Positions 37,876-47,515 of a DNA stretch of 64,000 bases are shown one piece after another. The stretch is from the IMG/VR virus record IMGVR_UViG_3300036770_005874, positions 5,073 through 69,072 of that record; one strand, written 5' to 3'. The DNA is from a virus. How positions within the stretch are numbered: the first letter of the stretch is position 1; each line of letters starts with the position of its first letter. Position numbers and translations under genes: made by a program. The notes below the pieces were generated by a model that was not told the origin of the DNA, did not search any database, and worked only from the letters and a program-made list of their open reading frames with translations.

Positions 37876-38322
37876 ATGGGCATGAAGATCAGCACCGGAC
37901 TGGCTAAGGGGCTGCTCGATACCGGCAGCCTGCGCGACCTGCTCACCGGTATGACGTTGAAGATCTACTCGGGTACCGAGCCGACCAGTGCAGATGCGCC
38001 CCTCGGAGCCGCCACCCTGCTGTGCGAAGTCTCGCTGGATGGTTTGGGTGATCCGATCAGTTTCGAAGCTACGGCTGTGGGCAACGTACTGCAGAAGAAC
38101 TCCAGCGAAACCTGGAAGGGTACTGTGCTCGCAACTGGCGTGGCGGCTTTCTGCCGACTGGAGCTGGCTTCTGATACAGGTAACGCCAGTTCGAGCGAGG
38201 TGCGCTTGCAAGGTGATGTTGGCATAGCAGGCAAGTTCCTCAACCTGTCCAGTACCAGCCTGACCGCCTCCGCAGAACAGGGCATCGCCAACTTAGCTAT
38301 TGCCATGCCTCTGCAGGCATAA
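37876..38322 (+). CDS. Virion structural protein
   Basis: LKIYSG.EP..AD, RLQGDVG. Confidence 0.65.
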   Translation: MGMKISTGLAKGLLDTGSLRDLLTGMTLKIYSGTEPTSADAPLGAATLLCEVSLDGLGDPISFEATAVGNVLQKNSSETWKGTVLATGVAAFCRLELASDTGNASSSEVRLQGDVGIAGKFLNLSSTSLTASAEQGIANLAIAMPLQA

Positions 38323-38334
38323 GAGGCATTCACC

Positions 38335-40173
38335 ATGGCCAACCGGCTGCAGAAGCTCGCGCTGGTTAAGTACACCCCAGGCACGCCTGAGGTGCTGCCT
38401 GTACCAGCCTATTGCGTGAAGGTGCCGGAGTACCTGCCCGCGCGTACAGGCATCTCCGGTTGGATCTATGGTGTGGTCACCGGTATTGGTCAGAACGCAG
38501 GCCAGACCGCCTATATCCCGCAGTACAAGCAGTTTCCTGCCCAGACCATCTACAGGGATATCTGCTACCCGGCTGTGCCGGGCAGAAAGGCGGTACCAGC
38601 AGTCGTCCAGTACACCGCCATCAACGGATGGAGCAGCGGAGCACGCAGCAGCGAGATGCTGGAGGCTGACGGGCATTTCGCTTTCCAGGTTGGCCGCTCG
38701 GTTGGCGCCGTTGTGGTTGGGCTTTCCAGAAACAACATCACCACGTTGCCGAATGAGCAGACCCACGCGCTGTATATCCATGATGGGCAAGTCGACATCA
38801 TGGAGAGCGGCTACGTAGTCGCCAGCAATGTGCTGGAGCATTTCGGCTCAACCGTTTACCGAATCGCCCGGCGCGGTGACCGCATCACATACGAGACGGA
38901 AGATTGGTCGTATGAGAGCAGCATGCCTTCCCAAGGCCCGGTCGCGCTCGACGCATCTCTTTACAGCTCTGGGGACTACATCGAAAACCCGGAACTTGAG
39001 GTGTATGCACCGTCAGGGTATGCCGCCGGACCTCTCCCTGCACTATCTGGCATCGGCAGCGACAGCAGTGGCTATGCCTTCGGCGGCGGTTCGCTGGTTG
39101 CACTGCGCGGCGAGGGCGCTGGTGGAATGCTTGAGGGGGGCTCCGGCAGCCTGCAGGCGCTATCTGGGTGGGGCTCTGACCAGGCAGGCTACGGTGCTGG
39201 GGCAGGCGTGCTGCCGGCGCTGATCGGCGACGGCGACGGTGGATTCCCAGAGTTTCAGATTGCAACTGCCCAGGGCTTTCTGTCCCCTCTGATCGGCCTT
39301 GGCTTTGGCATCACCGGCGAGATCGGCGAAGGCGCGGGATCGCTGGGTGCTTTGACCGGGTGGGGTTCTGATCGTGACGGCTATGCGGCCGCCAGCGGCA
39401 CGCTGCAGGCCGTAACCGGTTTTGGCAACGGCAGCATTCCTGGTCTGAGCGAGGACATCATCAGCAGCACGCTGGTGATTGGAAGTTCCTTCGATGCACC
39501 GCTGGTTGCTGCCGACAACATTTCCAGCCAGCTCACTATCGGCAACAGCTTCACTCTGACAGGTCTGTCCGGTGACGATTTCACCTCTGCGTTGATCTTC
39601 GGCGGGTCGTTTGCTGACGAGTTTGCGGTGGTGGACAGCTATCGAAGCGGTCTCCTTTTGGGCTTCCGACTCTATGACCAGCTTGCGGCAGAGGATCTTG
39701 CCGGCGTACTGGCCGCCCAATCTCAGCAGCTTGCCGTGAACGCGCTGACGGGGGCTCCAAGCCGCTATGTGGACTTCGACTTTAAGGCATTCGCTCAGGT
39801 CGGTCAGGAGCTCTACGCGCTGCGTGCCGACGGGCTTTATCGCGTTCGTGCTGGCGATGATGACGGCGAGAAGCTGCGCGCCATGGTTGATCTTGGCGCC
39901 TCTGATTTCGGCGTCAGCCAGGTCAAGCGAGTGGAGTCCGTGCTGCTGGGAGCGGACACCGATGCAACTGTGCGAGTGAGGCTGACTGCCGACAGCGGCA
40001 ACAACGTCTACCCGCTGAAGTTCTATGGACCCATGGCCAGGGCAATAACCGCCAAGGGCGCCAGCGGCCGCCTGTGGAACACCGTCCTGGAGATCGATGG
40101 GGCCAGTTTCTTCGATATGGACACTATTGAGTGGCGGGTAGGCGCATCAAGCCGTCGCCTTCTCAGGAGGTAG
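38335..40173 (+). CDS. Gly-rich virion/tail protein
   Basis: Repeated G(W/I)GSD..GY units; position. Confidence 0.65.
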   Translation: MANRLQKLALVKYTPGTPEVLPVPAYCVKVPEYLPARTGISGWIYGVVTGIGQNAGQTAYIPQYKQFPAQTIYRDICYPAVPGRKAVPAVVQYTAINGWSSGARSSEMLEADGHFAFQVGRSVGAVVVGLSRNNITTLPNEQTHALYIHDGQVDIMESGYVVASNVLEHFGSTVYRIARRGDRITYETEDWSYESSMPSQGPVALDASLYSSGDYIENPELEVYAPSGYAAGPLPALSGIGSDSSGYAFGGGSLVALRGEGAGGMLEGGSGSLQALSGWGSDQAGYGAGAGVLPALIGDGDGGFPEFQIATAQGFLSPLIGLGFGITGEIGEGAGSLGALTGWGSDRDGYAAASGTLQAVTGFGNGSIPGLSEDIISSTLVIGSSFDAPLVAADNISSQLTIGNSFTLTGLSGDDFTSALIFGGSFADEFAVVDSYRSGLLLGFRLYDQLAAEDLAGVLAAQSQQLAVNALTGAPSRYVDFDFKAFAQVGQELYALRADGLYRVRAGDDDGEKLRAMVDLGASDFGVSQVKRVESVLLGADTDATVRVRLTADSGNNVYPLKFYGPMARAITAKGASGRLWNTVLEIDGASFFDMDTIEWRVGASSRRLLRR

Positions 40174-40175
40174 CG

Positions 40176-41123
40176 TTGAGCAACTACAACGAAACAACCG
40201 GTTTTCTGCAGGATGTCGCCTCGCAGGCGATGACTGCAGCCAGCAACAATGCCAGCCGACTCTACTCGTTGCCAGGCAGCGTGTCGCTGCGCAACCCGCG
40301 CTTCGATGTGGAGCTGAAAAAGCCAGTTATCGGTCCGCCGCCAGCCTTCTCCGACCTGTTCGTCGGAGGTGATAGCACAGATCCGACGATCCGCTACATG
40401 GACGATCAGGCGGATAAGTGGTTGGAGAAGTTCTTTCCGGAGATGAATGGCGGGTTCCGCAATCAGCCAGAAGAGACGCTGTGCAACATTCTCTCCGGCG
40501 TCAAGCCGTTTGGTATCGATAGAACCATCTTCGATCTGGTCTGGCATCAGGCGCGCGACCGTGCGTACCGAACGGTTTCCAGCGAGCAACGCGCAGTTGA
40601 GGCATCGTTCTCTGGGCGAGGCTTTACTCTGCCGCCTGGAGCAATGGTAGACACGCTGGCGCAGATTGAGCAGCGTGCTACTGACACCATCCTCGACGTG
40701 AATCGCGACCAGGCCATCAAGGATGCTGATATCAAACAGCGGATGTTGGAGATTGGTCTGCAGCTGTCCGCCCAGCTGAAAACCGGTGTGCTCGCAGCGA
40801 TGGCAGACTTTTACCGCATGTGGATCAGCCTGCCTGACAAGGATATTGAGCGAGCTCGGATTCGTGCCCAGGCGATGGGATCGTTCTACTCGGCGCTGAG
40901 CAGCTACCACAACGTCGAGATGGCATTTCAAGAGCTGACCTTGAGGGCGGCGCAGCTTCGCTCAGTGGTCGATGTCGACGTTGACCGGAATGCCTTGGCC
41001 CGCCAAAACAACTCAGCAGCCGCAACCGGCGCATTGGGCTCTGCGGTGAATGCCTTTGCCGGCATTGCTTCGAGCGCCGCTCAGGCTGGTGGGTCGCTCA
41101 CTGCAGAGATCGAGACGCTGTAA
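40176..41123 (+). CDS. Putative internal virion protein
   Basis: AGGAGG RBS with TTG start; SGRGFTLPPGA motif. Confidence 0.65.
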   Translation: MSNYNETTGFLQDVASQAMTAASNNASRLYSLPGSVSLRNPRFDVELKKPVIGPPPAFSDLFVGGDSTDPTIRYMDDQADKWLEKFFPEMNGGFRNQPEETLCNILSGVKPFGIDRTIFDLVWHQARDRAYRTVSSEQRAVEASFSGRGFTLPPGAMVDTLAQIEQRATDTILDVNRDQAIKDADIKQRMLEIGLQLSAQLKTGVLAAMADFYRMWISLPDKDIERARIRAQAMGSFYSALSSYHNVEMAFQELTLRAAQLRSVVDVDVDRNALARQNNSAAATGALGSAVNAFAGIASSAAQAGGSLTAEIETL

Positions 41124-41776
41124 TGACCGTCTTCTTGTTGGACAAATTCACGCTTGAAGGAGCGCTGAACGGCAGCCTGCCTGAGATAGGCCGCCCATCA
41201 ACCACCTGGTCGGCTTCTTCCGGGATCAAGTCTGGTGGATACCTCGTCGCTCCAAACAATGCATCGTTCAACTGGTTCGGGGGAGAGATTCGTCTCCCAT
41301 CGCCAGGTGCTGCGTACTCGCACCTGACAGTGCGTTGCAAGTGGTTGTTCTCGACTGAGTCGCCCGTGCGGGCATATGCCGGGTTTGCCGAGGGCTGGTA
41401 CAAAACTGTGTTCGAGTACAACACGTCCAGTGGCGTGCCAGCGTGCACCGGCATACTCGGGCCTATAGATGCTGCTTCGATCAATCCCGATGGCGTGAAC
41501 GAGGTTGTGGTTTCTCTCAACTTCCAAGACAAGACTGCGATCACCTACATCAACGGTGTCCTCGTGCAGACCGGGGTTATGGCTTTTGGGGGAGGTGAGG
41601 GCAGCGCCTACCCCAGAGCCAGCCTGCTGTTCTTCGAGGTGGGAGGGACCACCGAGAGATTCAACGGTACGCTCCTGCGCTCCCAGCTGGACGAGCTTGA
41701 AGTAACAGATGAGCCATACGTCCCCCTGGTCGAGCCATTCTGGACCAACGTGGTTGGTGCGGTAGAGACGCCGTGA
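41123..41776 (+). CDS. Hypothetical protein
   Basis: TAATG coupling; C-terminal FWTNVVGA. Confidence 0.65.
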   Translation: MTVFLLDKFTLEGALNGSLPEIGRPSTTWSASSGIKSGGYLVAPNNASFNWFGGEIRLPSPGAAYSHLTVRCKWLFSTESPVRAYAGFAEGWYKTVFEYNTSSGVPACTGILGPIDAASINPDGVNEVVVSLNFQDKTAITYINGVLVQTGVMAFGGGEGSAYPRASLLFFEVGGTTERFNGTLLRSQLDELEVTDEPYVPLVEPFWTNVVGAVETP

Positions 41777-43968
41777 GGTTCATCTTCCGGCCACTGGTGA
41801 GCTATGCCGTCCATACCCGCAAGTGGTGTCGTGATCTCGCGCTTGGGCTCCCAGGGGTGGGGGTTGTTCGGCGAATCATCGATGGATTCCTGGTGCAGGT
41901 ATCCAAGCGCAACGACACGGCCGTCGCTGATGTCATAGACATGCCGGGTACCATCTTCGTGGCGGGCATGCAGTCGCATTGGTCGGAGGTCAGTGGTGGC
42001 GTGGAGACCTTCTATCCGCAGGGACGATGCGGATACATCCTGAGCTCTGCTGATGGCGAGCCTTACGCCGGCAACATGACCTACGCGCTTATGATGCCAG
42101 AGGGTGTCGCGTACTCAGGGTTCTTCGATATCGGCTGGCTGCAGCCGACCAAGTATCTCTCCGCCTCAGGGAAGCCGTGGGCTCCTTTCAGCTGCTGGAG
42201 TGTATCAACGCTACCTGGAAGCGGAGGCAGTCTCACCTACGCGATGGCGGGTGCAGACGGAGTCAACCAGTTCTCGGACCTGTATGTCGCACGTATGGCC
42301 CCTGATCCTCAAGTGGGCGACGGTGCATGGAGCCTGGCCGGTGAAGCGGTGGAAGCTGAGACGGCAAGCTGGCGCGTTCTGCATATAGCGCGCACCGACA
42401 TTGCGAGCGAGCCAGGAGAACACCCGCTGTCAGACTTTCCCGACGTTGCCGCTACGGGATACGGAAACGACATCGTTTATGTGGTCACCTGTTCCATCAA
42501 CAACCAGCCAGGTAGCAGCAGTGGAACACCTGCATGGGATGCAAGCAGGAATGGTTTGTCGGTGGCTAGAGTGGAGATCGTTGATGGAGAAGATGGTCCG
42601 CAGGCGAAGGTAGTAAAGCTCGGGCGCATCACCGCAGATGATCTTCTGCCACTGGACAGGCCTCAGCGCGTGATGTGGAGCATGGCACCGCCCAGGGCGT
42701 ACACCCTCGTCAGGCTGAACGGTGACTACAACATCAACAGCCCCCGCAGCGGCGTGTTTAATCCCAGCGCCTCTCTGGACTATGGCCCATTTGCCTCCTT
42801 CGGTGCATTCCAGAATCCCGGAGAGCCGAAGACTCGCTTTGTGTGGAGGCGGGCACCCCGCCTCGCTTGCGTGGGGCTCGCTGAAGGGGTGGACATACTG
42901 TTCACCGTTCAGACATCCCGAGAGCTGCCTCTGGTACAAGCAACATGGTCTTACTCGACGCCAGAACTGGTCACCGTCGAGGAGGATATCGCCGTGCCAG
43001 AGTACTCAGCGTCTGGGGACATAAGCCTAAATCACACGGCTACCTACCTGGTGCACGTTGCACTAGATGGCAGCAAAACCGTGCGCTGCATCCACAGGCA
43101 TACGTTCTCTGTTCACGACCAGACGCTGCGCGTTCTGCCGCGGGTTGAGTTCAGCCCGGTCCTGACGTACCGGGACTTAACAGTCGAAGGGGATGAGGTG
43201 GTTGAGGTATCGCGCTTTGTCTGCATTCGTGCAGAGAGCGGGGAGTATGCCGTCGGCAACCCAGATCCTGATCTGCGGCGCGTGCATCGAGCTGTTGCCC
43301 CAACCAAAGAGGGCGTGGATCTGGCGGTTATCTCAAGCGACGGCAGCTACGTCATTGCCGAGCTCGGTGACCTGTACCCGGTGAGCTATCCGTGTGTGGC
43401 TGACGGGATATCGGATGTCTCTTCGGATTCAGTGGATGGCGCCATACGGCGGCATGGATACGGCTGCGACAAGTTCCTATGGCCGGAGTACAGGAATGGC
43501 TATTCATCTGTAGCCCCGGCCTGCGTGTATGCCCCAGGCATGATTGCAGTAGTGGTTGCCACCAGGGCCGGGTTCTCCAGCGCATCTCAAATCGCCAAGC
43601 TAGCTGTGATCCGGGTCCGCGACGGTGAGCTTGTGCGGCTTTCCGATTTTGAGCTGCCGTTTGTGGTCAGTAACGCCTCCGGAGATGCAGATCAGTGGAA
43701 CGTCACTTGTGTGGAAGAGGGCGCAGTCGATGAGGACGGTGAGCTGACGCGCTACGCCAAGTTGTTGCTCTCCAAGGTAGGACGCAGGGTGCCGTCGATT
43801 CTTTATCGGGCTGATGATCTGAGCACACTGAGAAGTGTTGGCGCTTGGGGGTTGATAGGTCAGAACTACCTCAGGGGCCCAGCCTACTACCTTGGCTCTC
43901 CTATCGCGCCAGCAAGAGCGGGGCGCACCACTGGGCGTAGCTTTCTTGCGGGGAAGTCGGTGCAGTAA
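41773..43968 (+). CDS. Large hypothetical protein (possible receptor-binding)
   Basis: GTGA overlap; beta-rich, atypical codon usage. Confidence 0.65.
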   Translation: MRFIFRPLVSYAVHTRKWCRDLALGLPGVGVVRRIIDGFLVQVSKRNDTAVADVIDMPGTIFVAGMQSHWSEVSGGVETFYPQGRCGYILSSADGEPYAGNMTYALMMPEGVAYSGFFDIGWLQPTKYLSASGKPWAPFSCWSVSTLPGSGGSLTYAMAGADGVNQFSDLYVARMAPDPQVGDGAWSLAGEAVEAETASWRVLHIARTDIASEPGEHPLSDFPDVAATGYGNDIVYVVTCSINNQPGSSSGTPAWDASRNGLSVARVEIVDGEDGPQAKVVKLGRITADDLLPLDRPQRVMWSMAPPRAYTLVRLNGDYNINSPRSGVFNPSASLDYGPFASFGAFQNPGEPKTRFVWRRAPRLACVGLAEGVDILFTVQTSRELPLVQATWSYSTPELVTVEEDIAVPEYSASGDISLNHTATYLVHVALDGSKTVRCIHRHTFSVHDQTLRVLPRVEFSPVLTYRDLTVEGDEVVEVSRFVCIRAESGEYAVGNPDPDLRRVHRAVAPTKEGVDLAVISSDGSYVIAELGDLYPVSYPCVADGISDVSSDSVDGAIRRHGYGCDKFLWPEYRNGYSSVAPACVYAPGMIAVVVATRAGFSSASQIAKLAVIRVRDGELVRLSDFELPFVVSNASGDADQWNVTCVEEGAVDEDGELTRYAKLLLSKVGRRVPSILYRADDLSTLRSVGAWGLIGQNYLRGPAYYLGSPIAPARAGRTTGRSFLAGKSVQ

Positions 43969-43971
43969 CTG

Positions 43972-44014
43972 GCCCCCTGTAGGGTTTTTCAACGGTCGCC
44001 GCTTCGAGAACAAT
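43972..44014 (+). promoter_or_regulatory. Late-promoter motif copy 6
   Basis: GCCCCCTGTAGGGTT-22bp-AACAAT. Confidence 0.8.
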
Positions 44015-44042
44015 CCAGCTATTCCATTGGAGGTGCGAAGCC

Positions 44043-45821
44043 ATGTTCGGCGTTCCCGGCTACAAAAAGACCCCCGGCGGTAAGATCGAGGGGCCTGGTA
44101 CTGGCACTTCAGATTCGATCCATAAAGCTGTTCAGGCCGGCACTTACATCATGCCTGCGGACTCGACCAGAGAGATTGGTGAGCGGAATTTGGCTGGGCT
44201 CGGGGTTCCTGGATACCAGGGTAAAGAAGTGTCGGTAAATTTGAGCAAAGGTGAGTTCGAGCTCACTCCTGGGCAAGTGCATGCCGTTGGTGTGCAGGCT
44301 CTGGACGCCATGAAGCAGGCGACGCACAAACCCACCGGCCGAGGTGTTCCGCGCAAGGAGCTTTTCTTCGCCGACGGTGGCCTGGTTGAAGACCCGCAGA
44401 AAAAGCGACTCACCGGTCCAGGTCTACAGGCCATGGGAACTCAGGCGGTCCAGGCCGCACGGCAGGCCGCGGTGTCGCCTGTGACCCAGCAGAAGGCTGG
44501 TCGGGGTGTTCCCGGGTGGCAGACGTTGAGGGATGGCCTTGCCGGTGGCGCAAAGGCGCTGGTTGGCGCAGCTGCAGTGCCGCATGCAGCTGTGGCTGAT
44601 GCCGTGCGCAATACCGCGACCCTCGCAACCGGTGGCGACCCCGACACCCTTGAGGGTGGCCGTGCGAAGTACCGTGATATGGCGGTCGGTACCACCCAGG
44701 AAGGGCTGGATCAGGCTGGCACGGCCGCGCAGACTTTCCGTGAGGCAGGCCGGGAGGCACTCGGTGCCCAGCCCCTGGCCTCGGCCCAGCAATCCTCAGT
44801 CGCTCCACCAGCAGCACCCGCTGCGCCGGTAGCTGGAGCTGCAGCAGCGCCTGCTGAAGCATCAGCACCTGCTGGTCGTGGTGCGCCAGGCTGGCAAGGG
44901 ACTGGCATTGGGGCTGACCGCCAGGGCGGCGAGATTGCCATGCGGCAGGGCGCAAGCGGCGTGCCGGAGTTCACCAACGAGGCGGCGACGCCGGGCGCGG
45001 TATCCGCTGGCCGCGGTGTTCCCGCTCCAAGTTCTCAGCCTTCTGCAAGCTCTCAGCCGCGCCTCGGCGTGCCTGGGTATGGTTCTGCCGCGAACGTAGG
45101 CAACGGTGTGGGCACCTTCAGCCAGGCCGAGGCGGGCAGCTCACAGCTGGCCCTGGATCGCTTCGAGCGCGCCAACCAGGAACGTGGGCGCATGGTTGAG
45201 CAAGCCCAGGCCGGCGAACTCGGTAACAACGGTGGCCGGCTGACTGTGGTGCGAGACAGCTCCCGCACTCCGACCCTGCAGGAGCGTCGCTTGGGCCGAC
45301 ATGAGGCACAACTGGCCCAGACCGAGGCACTACGATCCCGCACGTCCAACGAATCTGGGGAGTCTGCAGTCCGCACTGCCGCCGAGCACCAGCGCATGCA
45401 AACCGAGCAGCTCAACCAGCAGCGGCTGGGCCAGCAGATTGAGGAGGGCGAAGTCGCCGCGGTTGATCGCCAGCGGCTGGAGTCGCTGCGCGCGGCCATT
45501 GCCGACCCGAACACCAGCGAGCAGGAACGCAATGCTGCGCGCCAGGCCTACAACGTGCTTGCCACCCAGGCGAAGGACCGCTACATCACGCAGGATGTCG
45601 TAATGGGGCAGGGTAACAATGGTCCGGTGATTGGTCGCCAGGTGATCGACGTCACGACTGGTCAGCCTGTAAGTGGGAAGGCGCAGGCTGAGTCAGACCA
45701 ATTCGCAGGTGGGCCTCCTGCTGCTGCCGTTGCGGCCCTACTTGAGAATCCCAATCGCGCTGCAGAGTTCGATAAGAAGTTCGGGCAGGGGGCAAGCGCA
45801 AGGTATCTCGGCGCTGGTTAG
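44043..45821 (+). CDS. Putative DNA ejection protein
   Basis: GPGTGTSDSI N-terminal domain, A/G/Q-rich; position before giant protein. Confidence 0.65.
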   Translation: MFGVPGYKKTPGGKIEGPGTGTSDSIHKAVQAGTYIMPADSTREIGERNLAGLGVPGYQGKEVSVNLSKGEFELTPGQVHAVGVQALDAMKQATHKPTGRGVPRKELFFADGGLVEDPQKKRLTGPGLQAMGTQAVQAARQAAVSPVTQQKAGRGVPGWQTLRDGLAGGAKALVGAAAVPHAAVADAVRNTATLATGGDPDTLEGGRAKYRDMAVGTTQEGLDQAGTAAQTFREAGREALGAQPLASAQQSSVAPPAAPAAPVAGAAAAPAEASAPAGRGAPGWQGTGIGADRQGGEIAMRQGASGVPEFTNEAATPGAVSAGRGVPAPSSQPSASSQPRLGVPGYGSAANVGNGVGTFSQAEAGSSQLALDRFERANQERGRMVEQAQAGELGNNGGRLTVVRDSSRTPTLQERRLGRHEAQLAQTEALRSRTSNESGESAVRTAAEHQRMQTEQLNQQRLGQQIEEGEVAAVDRQRLESLRAAIADPNTSEQERNAARQAYNVLATQAKDRYITQDVVMGQGNNGPVIGRQVIDVTTGQPVSGKAQAESDQFAGGPPAAAVAALLENPNRAAEFDKKFGQGASARYLGAG

Positions 45822-46147
45822 CGGCTGTCGAACTGGTCGAAGAAGTTCTCATTGTACAAGCGATCACAGGCCAGACGGATCTGGTATGCGGCGGTGCGGC
45901 TCCGGGTATCACCAGACTGATCTAGAGCACAGTCGGCACCAGAGTCGTATCCAAGCATGCCGCGGCCGTCCCCCTGCGTCACAGCTTCCAGACCACCAGG
46001 GTGATCGGCTCGGCATACCTGGATTGCAGCTGCCGCTGCTTGGTCATTCTCCAGCCCCGGCAGCTTGTCCAGCAGGCAGGTGGCGTAGTTGGAAGCGCTC
46101 GCCAAGCCCGGCAAGCTCAATAGAGTAAGCATAAGAAATTTTGTCAT
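45818..46147 (-). CDS. Exported four-cysteine protein (VF_A0006-like) moron
   Basis: Signal peptide, NYATCLLDKLPG..ND.AA, C-terminal ACDRLY.ENFFDQFD. Confidence 0.75.
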   Translation of the reverse strand: MTKFLMLTLLSLPGLASASNYATCLLDKLPGLENDQAAAAAIQVCRADHPGGLEAVTQGDGRGMLGYDSGADCALDQSGDTRSRTAAYQIRLACDRLYNENFFDQFDSR

Positions 46148-46227
46148 TGCGCCATCCTTGATTTTCATGATCTAGCGGCTATTCATTAAATGGCCATAAG
46201 CCATGATCGTAGCTGAGGGACCAGACG

Positions 46228-47286
46228 ATGCGTGCTCCTGCCTTTGCTTGTTTTTCAGTGTTCTTCAGCGGATGCACATTGTTCCCTAGTGAGCCTGACT
46301 TCCCTTGGGCATCTAAGCCTATCTGTGCAGACAATAACGTGGCGGTGGAATGCACCAGCAAACATGTCGCTGATGCCTACAAGGATGCGCGTGTTTATTG
46401 CCTGAACCTGGCAAAAAGCTACGAAGACGGCAGCGATCTAGTCAACTCGTCCACCTTCTTTATCGGCGGAATTGGCACGCTTGCAGGGGCAGTTTTCTCC
46501 CCGCTTGCGGGGGGCAGCGCCAAGACCGCTTGGTCTGGTCTCTCTGGTTCGGCCAATGCTCTTCAAACCGGGGTAAATACGAGCTTCTCTAATGCCGTCA
46601 ATGCGCGGCGGCGAGCGGAGATTGCCAACGCGGGAACTGCTGGCAAGGACGCAGTGGTGCAGGGAACAGACCCAACTAAGAGGGTGCTGGCGGCAATCGA
46701 TTTAGCGTATGACTGCAAGATGGCAATTGGCAGGGCGGATGTAGCTGCGGCAGAAGCCTTGAATAAAATCCAATCCGGGGCGCCGATTAAGTCAGAGAGT
46801 CCGTCTGCAACAGTTGACCCTGTCGGGACTAAGGTTGATGCCGAGAAAAGCGCCGAAGAAGCTGCAAAGCCGGCTGCTGATGCTGCTACGAAGGTGGCTA
46901 TCGATCCGAGTGCCACTGTCAAGGATAAAGCAACAATTGAAAAGCTCCGTGGCCAAATTGCGGAAGCTGCCGCTGTAGCGGCTGCACCAGTTGCTGCGGC
47001 AGCCGCTACAGACGTGGCCAGAAAGGCATCGGTAGTTGGGGGCGAGACTCCAAGCCTAAACCAGACTCAGGCAGCTGCAACGGTTGCGGCGCAAATGGCG
47101 GCAGAGCCTGTGGCGAGGGCAGCAGCAGAAGAAAAAGCAGCTGAAATTCTCACCGGTAAATCTCAGGAAGTTAAGAACGCGGTGCTGGAGACTACTGTTC
47201 CTGCCGCATCCGCAGCCGCAGAGGCCGCTGCCAAGGCTGCCGCGAGTACGGCGACTGCGCCGGCGCAGCCTGTAATCACTCCGTAG
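46228..47286 (+). CDS. Putative lipoprotein with Ala-rich C-terminus (moron)
   Basis: Lipobox FSGC; lower GC. Confidence 0.7.
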   Translation: MRAPAFACFSVFFSGCTLFPSEPDFPWASKPICADNNVAVECTSKHVADAYKDARVYCLNLAKSYEDGSDLVNSSTFFIGGIGTLAGAVFSPLAGGSAKTAWSGLSGSANALQTGVNTSFSNAVNARRRAEIANAGTAGKDAVVQGTDPTKRVLAAIDLAYDCKMAIGRADVAAAEALNKIQSGAPIKSESPSATVDPVGTKVDAEKSAEEAAKPAADAATKVAIDPSATVKDKATIEKLRGQIAEAAAVAAAPVAAAAATDVARKASVVGGETPSLNQTQAAATVAAQMAAEPVARAAAEEKAAEILTGKSQEVKNAVLETTVPAASAAAEAAAKAAASTATAPAQPVITP

Positions 47287-47429
47287 AAATCTAAGGTATG
47301 AGCGTGAGTGTAGTTAGGGGCCTATTGCCTTAGGCCCAGTTCTGACTCATTCAATACTCAACACAAAGGCTGAGTCGGACAGGCCAAGTTTTTCTCGGCG
47401 GCTTTTCGTCTTGATCGGTATTTGACCCG

Positions 47430-47472
47430 CCCCCCTGTAGGGTTCGTTAGTTTTTCCTGTTTCCAGTGACAT
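47430..47472 (+). promoter_or_regulatory. Late-promoter motif copy 7 (giant protein)
   Basis: CCCCCCTGTAGGGTT-22bp-TGACAT. Confidence 0.75.
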
Positions 47473-47515
47473 AGCTCCATCGCGCGCCGTGGTGGTGCTG
47501 CTGCTGGAGAGCGGG

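Noticed and set aside
18024-47444. Repeated 15-mer as integron attC sites or REP elements
   Set aside because: No attC hairpin or GTTRRRY/RYYYAAC pairing; single orientation and fixed spacing to a -10-like hexamer favour promoters
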